IMG/VR virus record: IMGVR_UViG_3300001598_000004
Coordinates: 1 to 64,000 of that record
Strand: one strand, 5' to 3'
Length of the DNA: 64,000 bases
Origin: a virus
Taxonomy: Duplodnaviria; Caudoviricetes
This document shows, piece by piece, positions 10,201-19,304 of this stretch (positions are counted from its first letter, which is position 1; the number at the start of each line of letters is the position of its first letter). The notes below the pieces were generated by a model. That model made no database searches, had not been told where the DNA came from, and worked only from the letters and a program-made list of their open reading frames with translations. The position numbers were made by a program, and so were the translations under genes.

Positions 10201-11407
10201 TCTCCTGCTGATAGCATATCTCATAATAATCTTTGCCGATGTCTATGCCTGTATCCTCAACAGCTTCATTCTTGTTAATCTTGACAGGCTGCGGATGGAA
10301 TATCATTTCAAACTCACGACCTGCAAGAGCAGAGTGTCCTTTACCCTCGTTAGGCTCAAATGAAGCCATCAACTTCTTGCCATTGACGATATGCTCCCTC
10401 GTTGCGCTTGTAAAGTCCTTCCATTCTAACCCTTCCTTATAAGCGAGTTTGATATAGTAGATACTATACTTCTTGTAAGTTCCGTCAGGGTTTTGGATAT
10501 ATTTACCATTCTTATCCTCCAAACGACGGGTTCTCTTCCTTACATCATAGACATAGAGGTCGAGGTGTGGATAGATATGGTCGAAAATAAGGGTTTTTAC
10601 AAGTTTTGGCTGGCTTTCGTCGGTTCGCTTGTCAATTATACTATCAGCACCATAAACCGCCGTATCAAGCGTTAATCGTGTATCCGTTTCTACATTATTG
10701 CCTGATGCAGTCTTTGTTGTAATGTTCCTTGTACCACCACGAACGATGAAACAGTTAGCTACCTCTTCGTTATTCCTGTTGATAGTAGGCACATTGATAT
10801 TGACACCAACTTCAAGGACAGGAGTAGTGATAGCCATATCGCGCTTGATATGTCCGAAGTAAATGAAAGCGTTACTCCAATCGACATAATACTCACACTC
10901 AAACTGATTACATATCTCCGTGAAAGCAGAAAGGATGTCAACGCCAGAGAAGGTACATGAAGCCGATGCAGCTATATCCTCCGCATTGATGATTGAGAAG
11001 TTAAAGTCTTTGCCTAACTCCGTGCGGATAATCTTTTGCATACCATCAAGCAAAGTGGCAAGACCTCCGACGAATGTCCAATCCGTATCCTTTACATCTT
11101 CTCCCGCAGCGTTCTTAGTAGCAAGAAGGCAAGGTGTATGAGCGAGGATCATCTTAGGGTGCTGAAACTGCGGCTCATACACATACTCACCTTCATTCTT
11201 TTGGGTCGGCAAACAATCACCAAAAAGAGTATATCTTATTCCATCAGCGAAAGGGATGATGTACGAACCAGTAGGAGTGATGTAGCTATCTACATCACTC
11301 CACTTCAAACTAACAAAGTCAGACTTCATTAGCTCCTGTTCGTGCTTTGCATCACGGGTTACTACTACATCGTGTAACTCTACTCCTGATGTGCTATATA
11401 TCTTCAT
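7283..11407 (-). CDS. Tail tip/baseplate hub-like host-specificity protein
   Basis: 1374 aa, immediately downstream of TMP and Dit-like genes. Confidence 0.65.
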   Translation of the reverse strand: MKIYSTSGVELHDVVVTRDAKHEQELMKSDFVSLKWSDVDSYITPTGSYIIPFADGIRYTLFGDCLPTQKNEGEYVYEPQFQHPKMILAHTPCLLATKNAAGEDVKDTDWTFVGGLATLLDGMQKIIRTELGKDFNFSIINAEDIAASASCTFSGVDILSAFTEICNQFECEYYVDWSNAFIYFGHIKRDMAITTPVLEVGVNINVPTINRNNEEVANCFIVRGGTRNITTKTASGNNVETDTRLTLDTAVYGADSIIDKRTDESQPKLVKTLIFDHIYPHLDLYVYDVRKRTRRLEDKNGKYIQNPDGTYKKYSIYYIKLAYKEGLEWKDFTSATREHIVNGKKLMASFEPNEGKGHSALAGREFEMIFHPQPVKINKNEAVEDTGIDIGKDYYEICYQQENDLILPNDDTLEPWGEAFPSNNGDKVVLFNILMGEEYLNVARIDLLEAANKEIVKLLADNNIYNVKSNSVTYDKNLSLGQHVILRNVDGSEIDSRITKIVTQLDIPSQVEFTIGTDILKGATQTLREDVKSISSKIGIISNSNSVSSATIQQILRALQDAEERMLHKDADDETPFKLTADRLEVVKNAIVDGMLNSAAWSGYDMSFGRGWGVDNDGNMQVESLEVRSALRVLELVYNRLSAEESEYVFTESGTIKELEPLGDGRYKAIMEKRGDTDFHAFCVGDVLRGIVNNLSNLGERGDYYTTWLHVESTDAQGDNSMVVSMYADSDCPSGKNQISKNYSPTSLMVVQRWGNSIPATKENHENPEYRAIIDLVDGKYVNRRQSCWYLSSNEKRIAMLDGVTQPKLSQNNYAAFFGLPYDIKTISGHSLNPTQPYLYARGAFIQDLHFIDYKGNVIRIERFRGEWDANVADSPDPYVSNSSTFDTVYHNNAKWECVVEQARVDEPSDTNTDWKLLQSAVEGESTPQYTLIPSVAVVQRDAEGVPDVDIVTCKVRKTVGDDTTTEVTDRLFYSINDGNPIQGSFVELKKDDGIEKITFMLLPKNVEQMGIAKFGESKFQITRIEAIVDVLNKAQRGAILRGPSEWKEDVEYMGGARGEEYQDMVVRTIDGVTEYFLCHYTHTNKDPHDASHQANSKWDADRPWQKSQVSDFVATRILYSEQIKADIMRVVNASIDDLIVGRLQTMEENGATIDISGGLMRVMKTGNIQPNIEFGLDADGYAVLKYYNNEGKLLYNLGPKGIMFEISVQWAYYTPISLYLQWSNLDDDLGTIMPFNPTSAYLWRQGIKKLGEIENYSAYWRDWISLQEDEKWQEEKFANDGKVVTAKAEEGKQPTSILSEGIYTVHTMPPTTTEGHVMPVIVKEYVDGKENRQFVIWNVRNNNTWHICMPDGSHYVGVRKLRQYLINTNQLSD

Positions 11408-11412
11408 CTATC

Positions 11413-11862
11413 CTATTGTGTAATTATAACGCCTTGTTTAGACGAGTCGATCAATTCTCTCTGCGAAACGTCATACTCGTGAAATACGATTGCAAATTTA
11501 CCCTTTTTCTTTCCATAATTACCATATTTTGAGCATCGCGAATAAACAAGGAGAAAAAGAGTATTCAACACAGGTATGCCTACAACTATAACACCATTAG
11601 AAATAACGCCAAGAAACGCCGCGTAATTGGCTAAATACGAGGTTTCATCATCGCCTTCGATGAAGAATTGCAATTGTAGTTCGCGTTGCTGATATTTTAT
11701 CGGCTGTGGCTTCACCTCTACGCCGTGTTGTATCCTTGACTCATTAGTCACCTGCTCCTTTGCGTCGGGAGGGGTAAGAAATGCTTCATACCCTCCCTTT
11801 ATAAGCGTTGCACCATACTGACTGATGTCAACACCGTTGATTGTCATCTGGTTCTTAATCAT
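11413..11862 (-). CDS. Distal tail protein (Dit-like)
   Basis: Position after tape measure; MTINGVDISQYGA N-terminus. Confidence 0.55.
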   Translation of the reverse strand: MIKNQMTINGVDISQYGATLIKGGYEAFLTPPDAKEQVTNESRIQHGVEVKPQPIKYQQRELQLQFFIEGDDETSYLANYAAFLGVISNGVIVVGIPVLNTLFLLVYSRCSKYGNYGKKKGKFAIVFHEYDVSQRELIDSSKQGVIITQ

Positions 11863-14800
11863 AATCGTGATGTATTTTCTTTGATTCTTGTAATATCCTC
11901 GGCAATGAGTTCGAGGTGTGAGGTATTCTTGGCAATATCATGCAGGTATCTATTACTCTCATACTGTATGTCGGCAATCTCTGAGATATATCCGTTTTGC
12001 TCCTCCATATATCCCTTGATAGAGCTAACATCGCTTTGCATAAGAGAAGAGAACTCCTTGATGTCGGCAAGGTTCATTGCTTGGTCTGCCTTCATTGCTT
12101 CTACGGCTATTTGCATAGCAGTGATGCGACCTACAAGCTGATCGGCTTGGTCTGCCGTTATGCTCTTTATGCCGTTAGCCGTTGCCTCTTGTGCCGTGCG
12201 CCCGCCATCGTAACCCATTGTAGCAGCAAGTCGCTCGCGTTCTGCGATTTTCTTCTCTCGCATATCAAGAGCATCATTGCGCAAACCTTCCAATGCGTCG
12301 GTGTCGTTATTTTGAACGGCTTTTGCATACTTCTCTTGCCACTCTTTCAGCCACTTATCAAACTCCTCGTCAAGAACGAATGAGTTAACCATAGCCTTAT
12401 ACATCATATCTGAGAAAGAGTTAGCGAAATCCTCACTGCTGCTCTCCATATCCGATAGAGTACCAAGCCAACTATCACGAAGGCTATCGAAGGAGGTCAT
12501 CGTCAGCTTCTCATTCAACTTGCCAACAATATCTTCGACTTTACCTGCTTGGTCTGCTACGGCATCCCAATACTCACTCTTGTCATACTTACCTACTGTT
12601 GTGAGATATTCCCATAACTTCGGCATATAAGTACGGATAGCGTTAAGTTGCTCTGGAGTCATCTTCTCAACATCGCCTATGCCTTTGATATTGTCAGGCA
12701 TATCGACACCTGAGAGTTTTTCAGCACGCCTTGCATCAGCATTGTAAAGCCTTCGCACTTCGGCATCATTAGCATAATAATCGTTACTATGATGTGCACT
12801 ATTGTAGCCCATTTGAGCCTGTAAGGTCTCAGAAGCAAGTTGGTTGATCTCTTTTTGAATATCTACCATCTGCTGAGAAATCTCAACAGCTTGTACACCA
12901 TTCGCGTTATCAAGAGCCTTCGTAAGGCTTTCAAGCCTTCCGTTGAGTCTTTCTATCGCCCTTGTATTTTGCTCCGTCAGCTTGTTTACTTCTGCGGCAT
13001 TACCGCCACCGATACCAAGAGCAGAGCCGAAATCTTTTATGGCAGATACAGCTTTCAATGCAGCTCCTACATAGTTGCCCGACGCAAAGTCAGCAGCAGC
13101 CCCCGCAGCGTTACCAAATCCGCTCAAACCTTTGCCTACTTTCTCTCCTACGTCACCCATACCGAGCGAGTCCAAAAGGTTAGGCAACTGGTCTATACCT
13201 TTCTTCGCGATAAATTCCTGTGCGTCAGCGAACCAATCCGCTACAGCTTGTGCGCTATCTCTCTCTGCTGAGTCCTCCGCATTTTTCAGTTTCTCTGCGG
13301 CTTCCTTTGCCTTTTCTCTTGTCCTTGCAAGACGTTTTTCTGCTGCGTCTATCGCCTCTACACTTGCATTTGTAGCTTTGAGAGATTCGAGGTGTGCTGA
13401 TGCTGCACCGACATCACCTATTGCATTAGAGAACTCTCTCTGCGCATTCGTAACATTAGCTTGAAGCCTCTCACGCTCCATTGCCCTCTCGCCCTTAAAC
13501 TCAAAGAGACCTGACTTGTCATTTATCTTAACATTGAGTTCGTTGATTTTCTGCTGAACCTTCTCAATGTCTGCGATATTAGAGAGTTTGTTACTGCTAA
13601 TAAGTTTCTGTAATTCATCACGAAGATAAACAAGGTACTCCTTAGTATGAGAACTTAAATCAGTAAATACAGTATCCCAATTGATAGAATTGAATGCGTC
13701 TTGTGCGTTAAGAGCCTTCAATTCCTCTTGCATCCTATTCTTGAGAGCTTCCTTTGTATATTCGTCTTTCGCTTTTGCTATCTCTTCTTCATACTTCTTG
13801 GTAATAGCAAAGCGTTTCTCTTCTGCCGTTCCGTAGGCTTCAAGGTATTCATACAGAGCCTGTAGTTTCGCCTGTTGCTCTTCCCTATCGTAGTTCAACT
13901 GGAGAGCCTTCGTCTTATCAGCCGCATTCTTATCAATCTTCTCGCTCTGTGTCTTGAATGTGTCGCTATTAATGTAGGCTTCTGCATCAAAGTTCTTACC
14001 TTTGTTGCTTGCATCATTCTGAAACTCATTGCGAGCCATTTCAACAAGGGCGTTCTTTCTATCCTCTGACTCACGTTGGATCTGGAGCATAGCCTTCTTA
14101 TGGTTAAGTTCACGTTGCGCAAGTTGTTTCTCCGCGCCCTCTTCCATAAGATTAATCATATTTTGCTGTGCCTCAAGCTCCAAGTCCTCCTCCTGACGGA
14201 TACGCTGTCTTGCATCCTTATCGAGGATCTTACGAAGTTTCTCTTCGGCAGCAAGACGACGAGCGTTCTCAGCATCTTGTCTGCGAGAATTTGCTCCTTC
14301 CTGTTTCTTCTTCTTCGCCTCTAAGGTAGCAATCTGCTGTTTGAGATAGGTTTCGATGTCACTGCCAGCTTCAACGCCTTTCGTGAGGTCTTTCACCTTC
14401 TGAATTACAGAGTCGATACCATCAGTGATCTCTGCTTGCTTAATTTTCTGAACTTGAGCCTTAATATCCTTGAGAGACTTTTTCTCTTCGGTATCGTCAG
14501 GTTCTTCGGATGTCGCACCATAAATAGTATCAACATCTTCCAAGAGTTCTTTTGCCTGTTTTGCATCGGCTTTAATCTTGTCAAGGATTTCCCTGAAAGT
14601 ATCATCACCAATTCCACGAGAGAAATTCTTATTAATTTCCTCGAAGGTCTTATAAGACGCATCACCTAACGTATCTACGTCTTTTTTTAGCTTTTGGATA
14701 AGCTGAGAGGCTTTTTCTCTGCCGACGTTATCCTTGATAGCATCAAAGATTTTTTTTACGTTCTCGCCGTATTTCTGTCCGTAATCATCAAGGATTGTCT

Positions 14801-16517
14801 GCTTCTCTGCTTGCATAGCTCTCGCCCTTGCTGCCTGTGTAGCTGCGGTTGCAACAGCTTTGTAAGCACCTTCTACGTCCTTCAACGACTGGATCTCGTC
14901 TGACAGACCTTGCAAGTAAGAACCATACTGGTCTATAATAGCTTTCTTCGCGTCCTCATACTCCTTAGTTCCCTCTTTCGCCTTACGGAGAGTGCCAAAC
15001 AGGTCATCAATCTTAGCCTTCTCATTTGTTGCCGCAGCTTCGATATTCTCCATCGCAGTATTAAGGCGTTCCTGTGACTCTGATGCTTGGTTAGAAGAAC
15101 GAACAAACTCATAGATGCCTGTAACGACGAAAGCAAGAGCCGTAGCTACAGCAATATAAGGATTCTTCAACATCGTCTTATTGAGAAGAGCCTGTGCTTT
15201 CTCCGCAAGCAGTGTTGCGATAGTGCCCGCCTCTGTTGCTGCTTTTTGGATCGCTTGCACCGTTGTAACGGCAATACAAGCGGCTTTGTATGTGCCTAAT
15301 GTAGTAACAAGAGTAACAATAGCAGCAGAAAGTTCCTGTGCGTGATCGGCAAGAACTCCGAAGAGTTCCGTTCCTGTGTTCATCGCAGAGATCAAGCTAC
15401 CCTCCATCTGCTCGCCAAGAGCATTGTAGAGCTTTTGCATTGCGCCCTCGAAGTTACTCCGTGCGCCCTTCATGATAGCGGCTTGGTTCTTGAGCATATC
15501 GTGGAACTGACCGCCCTCTTCCGTAGCTGTCTTGAATGCGTCAGCAACCATCTGAGCAGAAATCTTACCCTCAGACATTTCGTCCTTGAGTTCTGCCATT
15601 GATTTGCCCGTAGTGCGAGCCATTTCCTTGAGAGGATTGAAGCCAGCATTGATAAGCTGCATAAGGTCTTGACCCATCAACTTACCTGTTGCCTGTATCT
15701 GTGAGAAAGCAAGTGTAAGAGATTGCATCTTCTGCGAGTCACCCATTGAAACGTCACCGATTTCTTTGAGATAACCCATAACCTTATTCGCCTCAATACC
15801 GAAGCCAAGCATCGTCTGCGCACCTTGTGCAAGGTCTTTTTCGAGAAGCGGTGTAGAGGTAGCATACTCCGTAATGTCAGCAAAGAGTTTCTTGCCGATC
15901 GCCTCGCTACCTGTGAGGGATTTGAATGATGCTTCGAGGGATTGAAACTCTGATCGCACCTCCATAATCTGCCCGACGAAGCCCTTTATTTGCTCATAGG
16001 CAAAGTATGCCGCAACAGCTTTTCCAACCTTAGAGAGTGTCTGGTCTATACCATCGCCAAGTTTCTCCGTATTCTCAGCCAGCTCGCCCGTGTTCTCGGC
16101 AAGATTCTCCATCTCTTCGGATACCTCCGCAACCTGTTCGACTGCGTTAGCCGCTTCCTCGCCTTCTTTCTTTACCTTTGCTAACTGCTCCCCAAGTGAC
16201 GCGCCCTGTTCGACGAGAGTTTGCATGAGTTTCTCGATATTGGCAAGACGCTCAACATCACTACTACTCAATGCAGAACTAAAGGATATACTACCAACCT
16301 TGTCCTTCAACTGTGCAAGGCTCGCCACAAGTTCATTGATTGTCTCTTCTGAGTTATTCAAAGATGAAAGGGAAGCATTAATCTTATTGACGGCTTTGTC
16401 TGTAGCCGCCTCCATTTTGTTTAACGCTTCGATGTACTCCTTCGAGCCTTTGGTAGCTCCAGAGGAATCTATGGTAGCACTCGTTCCAAGTGCGCCGTCT
16501 ATGCTATTATCTGCCAT
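11859..16517 (-). CDS. Tape measure protein
   Basis: 1552 aa, helical and Ala/Glu/Lys-rich, with tape-measure domain (LMGQDLMQLINAGFNPL). Confidence 0.92.
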   Translation of the reverse strand: MADNSIDGALGTSATIDSSGATKGSKEYIEALNKMEAATDKAVNKINASLSSLNNSEETINELVASLAQLKDKVGSISFSSALSSSDVERLANIEKLMQTLVEQGASLGEQLAKVKKEGEEAANAVEQVAEVSEEMENLAENTGELAENTEKLGDGIDQTLSKVGKAVAAYFAYEQIKGFVGQIMEVRSEFQSLEASFKSLTGSEAIGKKLFADITEYATSTPLLEKDLAQGAQTMLGFGIEANKVMGYLKEIGDVSMGDSQKMQSLTLAFSQIQATGKLMGQDLMQLINAGFNPLKEMARTTGKSMAELKDEMSEGKISAQMVADAFKTATEEGGQFHDMLKNQAAIMKGARSNFEGAMQKLYNALGEQMEGSLISAMNTGTELFGVLADHAQELSAAIVTLVTTLGTYKAACIAVTTVQAIQKAATEAGTIATLLAEKAQALLNKTMLKNPYIAVATALAFVVTGIYEFVRSSNQASESQERLNTAMENIEAAATNEKAKIDDLFGTLRKAKEGTKEYEDAKKAIIDQYGSYLQGLSDEIQSLKDVEGAYKAVATAATQAARARAMQAEKQTILDDYGQKYGENVKKIFDAIKDNVGREKASQLIQKLKKDVDTLGDASYKTFEEINKNFSRGIGDDTFREILDKIKADAKQAKELLEDVDTIYGATSEEPDDTEEKKSLKDIKAQVQKIKQAEITDGIDSVIQKVKDLTKGVEAGSDIETYLKQQIATLEAKKKKQEGANSRRQDAENARRLAAEEKLRKILDKDARQRIRQEEDLELEAQQNMINLMEEGAEKQLAQRELNHKKAMLQIQRESEDRKNALVEMARNEFQNDASNKGKNFDAEAYINSDTFKTQSEKIDKNAADKTKALQLNYDREEQQAKLQALYEYLEAYGTAEEKRFAITKKYEEEIAKAKDEYTKEALKNRMQEELKALNAQDAFNSINWDTVFTDLSSHTKEYLVYLRDELQKLISSNKLSNIADIEKVQQKINELNVKINDKSGLFEFKGERAMERERLQANVTNAQREFSNAIGDVGAASAHLESLKATNASVEAIDAAEKRLARTREKAKEAAEKLKNAEDSAERDSAQAVADWFADAQEFIAKKGIDQLPNLLDSLGMGDVGEKVGKGLSGFGNAAGAAADFASGNYVGAALKAVSAIKDFGSALGIGGGNAAEVNKLTEQNTRAIERLNGRLESLTKALDNANGVQAVEISQQMVDIQKEINQLASETLQAQMGYNSAHHSNDYYANDAEVRRLYNADARRAEKLSGVDMPDNIKGIGDVEKMTPEQLNAIRTYMPKLWEYLTTVGKYDKSEYWDAVADQAGKVEDIVGKLNEKLTMTSFDSLRDSWLGTLSDMESSSEDFANSFSDMMYKAMVNSFVLDEEFDKWLKEWQEKYAKAVQNNDTDALEGLRNDALDMREKKIAERERLAATMGYDGGRTAQEATANGIKSITADQADQLVGRITAMQIAVEAMKADQAMNLADIKEFSSLMQSDVSSIKGYMEEQNGYISEIADIQYESNRYLHDIAKNTSHLELIAEDITRIKENTSRL

Positions 16518-16522
16518 TGTCG

Positions 16523-16894
16523 TTACATTAATTGTTCAAAGAAATTGTTTGCGTGTTGTGTTGCAGGTTTCTTGTGGCTGCTTCCTTCTTCATCTTTCTT
16601 GTCGAAAGGCTTGTACCCTGGTATTGCCCTGTTAAGGAGTATAAGGTTGATGTATGAGCGTTTAAAGACGACCTCTTCGTAACTCATACGGAAGTATTTC
16701 ATTATACCACCTATGAATCCCCAAGGGCTGTCGGATCGCTCGTATTCGTTGGGTTCGTTATCGTCTTGATCCCTTTGAGGAAAGTGAAAGAGGTCAAAAA
16801 AAAACTTGCTTGCATACTTATGAAGCTGTATTCCATGACCTTCTTGTACTGTGCCATCGTTATATGGTTCTTGATATAACGACCAAACAACCAT
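16523..16894 (-). CDS. Tail assembly chaperone, downstream (-1 frame) ORF
   Basis: Overlaps the upstream chaperone in the -1 frame; T9 slippery run at 16796-16804. Confidence 0.55.
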   Translation of the reverse strand: MVVWSLYQEPYNDGTVQEGHGIQLHKYASKFFFDLFHFPQRDQDDNEPNEYERSDSPWGFIGGIMKYFRMSYEEVVFKRSYINLILLNRAIPGYKPFDKKDEEGSSHKKPATQHANNFFEQLM

Positions 16895-17151
16895 CGTTTA
16901 AGCCTTCCTCGGAAGAGAATAATCTTCATCATTTCGGCACAACTCTTCATTGCCCTATGATGGTTCAAGGTTTCTGCCACTACGGTATTGTTCCCGTTCT
17001 TTATCTCAATATCCTCTACATTCTCAAGATAAGAACCAAGTTCCCAAATCTGCGCAAGTGTAAGAGGTTTGAGCAAAAACCAAAAGAAGCCGATATGTAT
17101 CCACATCGGCTTCTCTGTAATCACTTTTGTTGTCTTATTCGTATTTTCCAT
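16711..17151 (-). CDS. Tail assembly chaperone
   Basis: Lies between major tail protein and TMP. Confidence 0.65.
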   Translation of the reverse strand: MENTNKTTKVITEKPMWIHIGFFWFLLKPLTLAQIWELGSYLENVEDIEIKNGNNTVVAETLNHHRAMKSCAEMMKIILFRGRLKRWLFGRYIKNHITMAQYKKVMEYSFISMQASFFLTSFTFLKGIKTITNPTNTSDPTALGDS

Positions 17152-17178
17152 TATCGCTGTTTAAAGCCTGATGATGTC

Positions 17179-17715
17179 TTACTCACCTTTTGTGTACTTC
17201 CAGCGTGCACCAGCAATCTCCTTACCCTGTGCATCGTTGAGTACGAGCTGCTTGAAGGTAATCTGGAAGTTAGGGAAACCACTCTTACCGATGTTACCTG
17301 TGCGAGTAATCTTAACTGCGAGGTTAGCCCACTCAAAGGTCTTGCTTGGGAAGTCAGCAAACTCCTTTGTGATAACCTGTACTGCCTGATTGCCAAGAGC
17401 ATGACCAGGGGTTTCCTCGAAGTAACCTGTAGCCTCGTTCTTTGTGTAGCCCGCAAGATACTTGTAGGTAGCCTCGCCCATGTCGTAGGTCTGGATAGTG
17501 AAGCCTTTTGTAGCGAGTGAAGAAGGGAGAGAAGCATAGAAGTTATCCATATCCTCTACCTCAATATCGTTCTCAGATGACTCAGAGTCGTTGTAACCGA
17601 AAGAGTCCTTAACGATAGCCTTCATTTCATAGGCATCTTCCCATGATGTTGGGAAACCGCTCGCAGAAGCATTCTGCATCTTGAACGACTGAATACCATA
17701 TACGCCGTCTTTCAT
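17179..17715 (-). CDS. Major tail protein
   Basis: Position and 178-aa size; codon usage typical of a highly expressed gene. Confidence 0.7.
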   Translation of the reverse strand: MKDGVYGIQSFKMQNASASGFPTSWEDAYEMKAIVKDSFGYNDSESSENDIEVEDMDNFYASLPSSLATKGFTIQTYDMGEATYKYLAGYTKNEATGYFEETPGHALGNQAVQVITKEFADFPSKTFEWANLAVKITRTGNIGKSGFPNFQITFKQLVLNDAQGKEIAGARWKYTKGE

Positions 17716-17726
17716 AACTTTGTGTA

Positions 17727-18155
17727 TTAATTAGTGAAACGTACTGTTAATTTGAAATTTATGTAATGTGTATTATCAATATCTGATAGTGGTGCACCAA
17801 TATTTGTGATACTATATGCAGCCTTCTTCAATAGCAGCATTTCGTCCTCTTCGCAACCACCCTCAACTGGCAAGACCGTTTGCATCCAATCACGCCACTT
17901 GTTAGCAACGGATCGGTAGTAACGATTGTTAGACCTATCGGGGATATGCAAGTTAACGTTAACGATGTTCTTATCGTTCAAAGCGTAACCATAGACGAAA
18001 GGGAGAGCGTTTACAGAGATATACACGCCTTTATCATCAGCCGCCTTTTCGTCGTACTGATAGACTTTCACGGATTTGTCGGGAGAGTTAGCTATCTCCT
18101 TTTGGAGGTATCTTTGGATCTCTTCCACACAATCATCGGCAGTAATAACGCTCAT
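17727..18155 (-). CDS. Tail terminator-like protein
   Basis: Synteny in neck cluster. Confidence 0.5.
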   Translation of the reverse strand: MSVITADDCVEEIQRYLQKEIANSPDKSVKVYQYDEKAADDKGVYISVNALPFVYGYALNDKNIVNVNLHIPDRSNNRYYRSVANKWRDWMQTVLPVEGGCEEDEMLLLKKAAYSITNIGAPLSDIDNTHYINFKLTVRFTN

Positions 18156-18622
18156 AGTCCTCTCTTCTTTTTAAGTTTTTCTATTTCTTTCTCTAATTCT
18201 ATGCTTGTGAGATGCAATACATTGTAGCCGTAATTTTCGACGTGTACTGCGTAGTTCATTCCCGCAACAATAATAAGAGTCCACCCGTTGACTGATGCCG
18301 TCGCAGAAAAGGCTTCTAATGCCTGTCTCGCTGCTGCTTCGCCAAGTTCTCCGTTGCCGCCCTCGCCTGTTACGGTTTCAAAGCCGCCATCTTTGACAGG
18401 CGTGCCGTTTTTAAGTATTCGGAAGCCAATAGAAGAACGAAGGTTGTGTGTCCAATCATCATAGCCGCCAGAAGCGCGTCCTTTGGTAATGGTTCTTGCA
18501 TGGTTACACATCTTCTCCCCGATGAAGGACAGGTCAAAGATCATATCCTCGTCAGAGATTTTCTGCGCCATACCGCCGTTGCCACTCTTAGCCTTGTCAA
18601 AGCCGAACTTTTTTAAGCCCAT
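18152..18622 (-). CDS. HK97-gp10-like tail completion protein
   Basis: YDDWTHNLRSSIG and IVAGMNYAVHVE motifs. Confidence 0.7.
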   Translation of the reverse strand: MGLKKFGFDKAKSGNGGMAQKISDEDMIFDLSFIGEKMCNHARTITKGRASGGYDDWTHNLRSSIGFRILKNGTPVKDGGFETVTGEGGNGELGEAAARQALEAFSATASVNGWTLIIVAGMNYAVHVENYGYNVLHLTSIELEKEIEKLKKKRGL

Positions 18623-18930
18623 ATTTTAAGGAAGCGACCACCGAGAACGTCGATACCCTTCACTTGTAGTTCAGAGTCGATGACCTTATCTTTCGACTTT
18701 AGGTTTATCCAGTCGCCTTCAATCGGAATACGCAGTTTAGGTTTACGCATCACAACAGTATAGGTGTATGTCCTTTGTTGTGTATTCTCGCTCACCTCTC
18801 TGCTTGCAGCGTTGTTAGGAAATATAGTGCATTTCCCTAATCTCAGCCACTCTTCCGTTTCGACAGGATAGCCATCATCATCCTCAGTTTCGATGATCTG
18901 TTTTAGGAATATCTCATCGTCAAAACGCAT
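18613..18930 (-). CDS. Head closure/adaptor protein
   Basis: Synteny; DDDGYPVETEEW motif. Confidence 0.55.
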   Translation of the reverse strand: MRFDDEIFLKQIIETEDDDGYPVETEEWLRLGKCTIFPNNAASREVSENTQQRTYTYTVVMRKPKLRIPIEGDWINLKSKDKVIDSELQVKGIDVLGGRFLKIWA

Positions 18931-18931
18931 A

Positions 18932-19279
18932 TCAAATAGAGATAAATGTTACGCTTGGTTCATCAGAATCAGCGAGAACTATATCAGAAGGAAGTCCAGC
19001 TTCCGTTGCGATAGCCTTGATACGCTTCTCAAGTTTCTTGACATCGTAATTCTGAGAGATACCGCCGATATTCTCAGCAGTCAACTCCCTTACTCTGTTA
19101 AGACAAAGCATTGCAGCAAACGCAACAACCTTCTTCATTGAGTAGAGATAAACATCCTCAATCTCCAATGTTTCATCTTCTCCGAAACGACCATTGGCAT
19201 CAATGAACGCCTTTTCTACACTCTCGTCAGAAAGTCCGTAAGGCTCGATTTCTCCTGATATAGCTTCTCTTATTGTCAT
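18932..19279 (-). CDS. Head-tail connector
   Basis: Directly follows capsid gene; ENIGGISQNY motif. Confidence 0.55.
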   Translation of the reverse strand: MTIREAISGEIEPYGLSDESVEKAFIDANGRFGEDETLEIEDVYLYSMKKVVAFAAMLCLNRVRELTAENIGGISQNYDVKKLEKRIKAIATEAGLPSDIVLADSDEPSVTFISI

Positions 19280-19304
19280 AATAACACTTTACTTTACTTA
19301 ATGA

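Noticed and set aside
1193-11407. Diversity-generating retroelement or invertible tail cassette
   Set aside because: No reverse transcriptase, TR/VR repeat pair or invertase was seen in the window.
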